NCBI RefSeq assembly: GCF_009914755.1
Contig: NC_060926.1
Strand: one strand, 5' to 3'
DNA: 64,000 nt
Origin: the human T2T-CHM13v2.0 reference genome, Homo sapiens
The notes under the pieces are model-generated. The model was not told the DNA's origin. It did not search any database and saw only the letters and a program-made list of their open reading frames with translations. Positions 57,502 to 64,000 of this stretch are shown one piece after another (positions within the stretch are counted from its first letter, which is position 1; every line of letters begins with the position of its first letter). The translations under genes and the position numbers were made by a program.

Positions 57502-58705
57502 CTACAATGAATGCAAAATACATAATGAAAAGGTAGTCAGATTTTTATTTTAATCTGCTGAGTGTCATGTAGAGGCTAAACACTGAATTGGAATACCTTA
57601 ATTGCAATATTGAAGTAGAAGTAGGATATTGAACTAGATTATTTCTAAGACACTTTTCAAGTCATGAGTCTAAGATAATTTAAATATTTAGCTACAGCTC
57701 AATTTTCCATTGTCCTTTTATTTTAGGATTTCATTGTTTTTATTTTAGCTAGAAAGAATGGTAAATATATTTTTGTGTTAAATAGTTGTTTTAAGTAGTG
57801 TTTTCAAATGTACATTAATGGAGCATAGATTTTTCAGAGGTAAAAAAGTTTTCTAATAAATTAATGAGTCACTAAAATGTATGAATGCCTACAAGGTGTT
57901 CATCAATTATATAATCAATCATAATCGAAGGTGCACTTTGGTTTCACATATAAGTTTCCTTCCTAATATAAGCATTGGTCTAATTGTGGAGATGGGATAT
58001 ATTTAACATAGCTAAATAATAAATCTATGCACAATAGCAAATACTTCACATGTTTGATTTTTTGCCATTTTCCCACTTTTAACAACAACATTTATCATAT
58101 TTATATAATATCAAGAAAAGTACTATTTTAAAAACAGGATTACAAAACTCTACAAAATTTATTTTTGTATATGATGTGACATTAATATATTTGGTGGAGA
58201 GAATGAATAGGAAGACTTAGAGGAAAGAAAAAACACAAGTAACGAGAGAAGCAACATGATAAAGACATCTGTAAAGGAACAGTCAATGACACGTGTTCCA
58301 AAAATCAATAGAAGAAGCAGTCCATTGAGTGACTCCAATAATTACCTTGGGCAACATAACCATGTTCAATCTGAATTTTCTTATCTTTGTAGGCAAGACA
58401 TTGGCACAGATTATCCGAAATGTCCCTTTGAACCCTAAACATATAATTCTACAAAATTATCTCTGCTTTCACCATCAAGTAAAATACATTTTAAATGCTT
58501 TGCAAAGAAGGCAGGCTTTCCTCTTATGAAAGGAAAAATACATCACTGTTATAGCTTTGGGGATATCTTGTCAACTTTGTTTTCCAGTTTTGAGATTTTT
58601 TTCATAATAGCTTCTCCTTTATTTTAACAGTTATTAACGTTTCTGCCCTAAAAATCCGGGTGTTTCTAGAAAGCTAATCATTATCAGACCTTCCTTTGTT
58701 GCTTG

Positions 58706-59669
58706 TTTTTTATTTTTTTATTTTAAGTTCCAGGATACATGTGCAGAAAGTGTAGTTTTGTTACATAGGTATACATGTGCCACGGTGGTTCGCTACACCT
58801 ATCAACCTGTCATCTAGGTTTTAAACCCCACATACATTAGGTATTTGTCCTAATGCTCTCCCGTCCCTTGCCTCCCACCCCCTCAGACAGGCCCTGGTGT
58901 GTGATGTTCCCCTACCTGTGTCCATGTGTTCTCATTGTTCAACTCCCACTTATGAGTGAGAACACGCGGTGTTTGGTTTTCTATTCCTGTGTTAGTTTGC
59001 TGAGTATGATGGCTCCCAGCTTCATCTATGTCCCTGCAAAGGACATTATCTCATTATTTTTTATGGCAGCATGATATTCCATGGTGTAAAAGAAACTATT
59101 ATCAGAGTGAACAGGCAACCTACAGAATGGGAGAAAATGTTTGCCATCTATCCATCTGACAAAGGTCAAATATCTGTAATCTACAAGGAACTTAACAAAA
59201 TTTACAAGAAAAAAACAAACAACACCATCAAAAAGTGGGAGAAGGATATAAACAGATGGTTCTCAAAACAAAACATTTATGTGGCAACAAACGTGAAAAA
59301 AAGCTCATCGTCACTGGTCATTAGAGAAATGCAAATCAAAACCACAGTGAGATACCATCTCATGCCAGTCAGAAAGGTGATTATTAAAGTCAGGAAACAA
59401 TAGATGCTGGCAAGGCTACGGAGAAATAGGGACGCTTTTACACATTTGTGGGAGTGTAAATTAGTTCAACTACTGTGGAAGACAGTGTGGCGATTCCTCA
59501 AGGATCTAGAACCAGAAATACCATTTGACCCAGCAATTCCATTACCGGGTATATACCCAAAGGATTATAAAACATTCTACTATAAAGACACATGCACACG
59601 TATGTTTATTGAAGCACTGTTTATAATAGCAAAGACTTGGAACCAACCCAAATGCCCATCAATGATAGA
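58706..59669 (-). mobile_element. L1PA8-like element with 5' inversion
   Basis: 58706-59088 is the antisense 3' end (cattaggtatttgtcctaatgctctcc). 59088-59669 is ORF2 on the + strand ([16 protein letters not shown]...WNQPKCPSMI). No clear TSD. Confidence 0.9.
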
Positions 59670-60023
59670 ACAAGTTTTGAGATTATATGTTACCTTTATT
59701 TCTGGCCTTTCCATTGTTCATTTCTCAGTCATTTCATTGCTTATTAACAACAGAGGGCTTGAAGGGAATAGACCCTGTTGTAAAGTGAAATCAGAAAATG
59801 CTGCTATTTGGTCCTTTTAAAACCATAAGAGTATGAAACAGATTAAAATGAGATCTATGAACTAATCATGGTGGATTAATAAGATTTGGCTATGAAGACT
59901 GCAGAGCATCTTGGTGAAAATTTCCTTCTCAATACCTAACAATAATGTCACAAAAAACTTTGAAATATAAACATAATTATATAATTCTTGATGCATTTAG
60001 TCATTAGAATTTTACCTAATAGG

Positions 60024-60390
<367 letters not shown>

Positions 60391-60838
60391 CTAAACTTGA
60401 AACAAAGTAAGCAAATGATAAAAGAATTCATTCTAAGAAAATATGACTTTATCTGATTGTGATATAATATAGAGACATATTACCTAAATATGCAGACATA
60501 TGATGTATGTATTCATAAGTCCTATTAGTATTTATAATACAATTATATTTGAGTACCATAGTAACAAACACAGACATGAATAAAATATGCCAATTTGATT
60601 TATAGGCTTATACATAGAGTAAGTCATAATATAATTTTTGAATAGATCTTTGCTTTGTATGAGGTAAGATTTGGATTGGTAAAACATTTTGTGTTCATAT
60701 AATTTGAATGCTCATTAATGACAGTTCAAGAATTATAAAAATATTAATATTTTCTAAATGGAACATCATAAAAATTGTCTAATGATCTTTGTATGGCACC
60801 ATTAGCATCTAAAATATGTGTGTGTATATAGAAAACAC

Positions 60839-61683
60839 TTTTTAAATTATACCTTAAGTTCTGGGATACATGTGCAAACTGTGCAGGTTTGTTACATAGG
60901 TATACACGTGCCACAGTGGTTTGCTGCACCCATGAACCCGTCATCTACATTAGGTATTCCTCCTAATGCTATCCCTCCCCTATCCCCCCACTCCCCAACA
61001 GGCCAGTATGTGATGTTTCCCTCCCTGTGTGCGTGTGTTCTCATTGTGCAACTCTCACTTATGAGTGAGAATATGTGGTGTTTGGTTTTCTGTCCCTTTG
61101 TTAGTTTGCTGAGAATGATGGTTTCCAGCTTCACCCATGTTGCTGCCAAGGACATGAACTCATCCTTTTTTACAGCTGCATAGTATTCCATGGTGTATAT
61201 GTGCCACATTTTCTTTATTCAGTCTATCATTGATGGGCATTTGGGTTGATTCCAAGTCTTTGCAATTGTGAACAGTGCTGCAATAAACATACGTGTGCAT
61301 GTGTCTTTATAGAAGAATGATTTCTAATCCTTTGGGTATATACCCAGTAATGGAATTGCTGGGTCAAATGGTATTTCTAGTTCTAGATCCTTGAGGAATT
61401 GCCACACTGTCTTCCACAATGGTTGCACAAATTTACACTCCCAACAGTGTAAATGCATTCCTATTTCTCCACCGCCTCTCCAGCAACTTTTGTTTCCTGA
61501 CTTTTTAATGATTGCCATTCTAACTGGCCTGAGATGGTATGTCATTGTGGTTTTGATTTGCATTCCTCTAATGACAAGTGAGGAGCTTTTTTTCATGTTT
61601 GTTGGCTCCATAAATGTCTTCGTTTGAGAAGTGTTTATTCATATCCTTTGCCCAATTTTTGATGTTTTTTTTTTCTTGTAAAT
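60839..61683 (-). mobile_element. L1PA7-like 3' fragment
   Basis: Antisense 3'UTR and ORF2 C-terminus (ORFs 60892..61209 and 61324..61611). Confidence 0.9.
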
Positions 61684-62427
61684 CATTATTGGTGTGTAGA
61701 AACACTACTGGTTTTGATTTTGCTACCTGCCATTTTACTAAATTCATTTATCAAATTCAAAAGAATTTGGTGGAGTCTTTAGGTTCTTTCAAATATAAAA
61801 TCATGTCATTAGCAAACAGGAATAATTTGACTTCCACTTTTCCAATTTAGATCCCTTTTATTTTTGTATTTTTCTTACCTAATTGCTCTAGCTAGGACTT
61901 CCAGTACTATGCTGAATTGTAATGGTGAAAGTGAGCATCCTTGTCTTGTTCCACTTCTTTCCAAGAATGCTCTTGACTTTTCCCTATTCAGCATGGTGTT
62001 GGCTGTGGGCTTGTTGAATATGGCCTTAGTTATTCTAAGATTTGCGCCTTCTATGCCAAGTTTGTTGAGAGTTTTTATCATGAAGGGATGATGAATTCTA
62101 TCAAATACTTTTTCTGCATCTATTGAGGTGACTATATGGTTTTGTCTTTCATTCTGTTTATATGATGTATCACATTTCTTGGTTTGCAGATGTGGAACTC
62201 TCCTTACATGTCTAGTATAAAGCCCACTTAATTATGGTGTATTATCTTTTTGATATGCTGTTGGATTTGGATTGCTCATATTTTGTTGAGGATAGTTGCA
62301 TCTGTGTTTATCAGTGATATTGATCTGTAGATTTCTTTTTTTATCATGCCCTTTTCTAGTTTTCATATAATGATGTTACTGGCCTCGTGGCATTAGCTAG
62401 GGAGAATTTCCTTCTATTTTTGGAACA
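61684..62427 (-). mobile_element. Older L1 (L1PB/L1MA) ORF2 RT-region fragment
   Basis: ORF 61875..62081 encodes [25 protein letters not shown], an L1 RT motif. More diverged than the adjacent L1PA. Confidence 0.88.
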
Positions 62428-64000
62428 AGATTCTTAACTACAACTAAGCTATGCGGGCCTATCAAGAATGAATTCAAGTTCGAGACATCATTAAGAAGAG
62501 GGCTCAGAGGACTAAAGTTTGGTGAAGGAGAGAGTCTGTCAGTGTCTGGATTTTAGAAATGTGTTATAAGCCTGATCATTACTCTTTTATTTTGATTTTA
62601 TATGTACAGTATTATATTGCTGTAAACACTGCCTTCTACATTCTAAAATTTCTGAAACAGGGTTGCAGCTAAATATTGAAGTGTACTTTTAATGTTACAG
62701 TCTTTCTTTTTCTGGAAAAAATATCATAATACACGAACAAAACAAAATATTCTTAAAATTTTTTAAATGATACTTATTCAGTATCATAAAATTCTTCCCT
62801 ATTGAAAATGTAAAAAAACTTAGAAATGTTAAAGCTGATTATCACATATAAAAAATAAGAGATTTGCCTACTAAACAAAGCAATCTTTAATATAAATTCA
62901 AGATTACATTTTTTTTTTCTATCGAGTGGGTATGGTAAACACAGTAAGTAGTTAAGAATACTGTCTTTAGAGCCATAAGATGAAGTTTTAAATTCTTCAT
63001 CTGATGAGTGCCTCTTAGAGGATGTAAGCACCATCTTGGAAAAATGCCCCAACCATTTTAAGTATCAAATGTAATATAAGGATAATATATTATTTCTAGG
63101 ATTGTGGTTAAAATTGAACATAATATCTTTTGAAAAACAGTATAGCATTTCATTAATACTAAAACCTCAATATATGTTTAATTATTAAGATCAATCTGTG
63201 ATGGTATTATTTGACCATGAATAAAAATGTACTTTAAACGTCTAAAGGATCATTGTAATATATAGATCATTGTAATATAGATGTTTACCAATACTTCATG
63301 TTTGCATCTATGGAAAAGAAATAGATAAGTTTATCTGACTGCAGAAATAGTAGAATTCATCAAGAAGTGATTAAACATTGAAAGACACACTTCCCATCAA
63401 CTCTTCCTCCAGAAGCTATTTACGTCAAAATATATCTCTCTGTCCAGAAACATTTATGTCTATGCATTTTCAGATAATTGCCTGAACCCGTACTTTGAAT
63501 TTTCTTTCTACGAAGTGTGCAATGTATATGGTCCCTGGTGAAGCTGTGATGACTGTGAGTGAGAATGAGAATCCGGTACCACCAGAAACTGGTCTGTATG
63601 CTATACTGTAGAGGACAAAGTTGGCTGCTAAATAAAGAAGCATACAAAAAATTAAAAATTAAAACCAATCGAAAGGAGCTAAGGCAAGCTCTGCAACTAG
63701 CAACTAAAAATAACTTCTAAAGAAGGTGAGGGCTGGGAAAATCCGCTGAGACAATGTTACAAATCTAGATTTGAAGTAGAGAGACTTTATAAAATGCCAG
63801 TGGAAGAGCTCTTGGTTAGATAGAAGGCTGTTATGGACTCTGAACTAGTCAGACAAGTTAAACAAGTGTTAGTCTTAGGAAAAGGGTATAATAATTATAA
63901 CTACAAGGTATTGAAAAATGTTTCACTCATCATTGAACAAGAAATACCTTAAAAAACAGGACACAGCTGTAATGTTAAACTTTGTTCTTTCTCTAGGAAG

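Noticed and set aside
58340-58450. Plus-strand acceptor ttatctttgtag followed by an open frame
   Set aside because: The sequence resembles a MIR core and 3' end, and there is no matching donor.

Overview
This is AT-rich, gene-poor primate genomic DNA, probably human or another hominoid given the young L1PA2-like copy and the Alu, THE1 and L1PA content. It is not prokaryotic, and I found no CRISPR array, rRNA, tRNA or operon. No intact cellular protein-coding gene is recognisable. The ORFs in the track with recognisable homology derive from L1 ORF2, Alu or LTR sequence, and the rest are microsatellite translations or short chance ORFs. The window is dominated by interspersed repeats: several L1s (three with 5' inversions), about 8 Alus, three THE1 solo LTRs, other LTRs, DNA transposons, and MIR/L2 relics. 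Notable points are a probable retrocopied mRNA 3'UTR at 2.2-2.7 kb, a perfect AGAACAnnnTGTTCT hormone response element beside a palindromic forkhead site, a THE1 sitting in the loop of a 22-bp hairpin, and a 79-bp locally templated insertion. Two independent L1 inversions also share the same breakpoint, and there is a chain of unverified small exon candidates. Repeat subfamily names come from my recall of consensus sequences and need RepeatMasker/Dfam confirmation. I cannot support a new biological system from this sequence.
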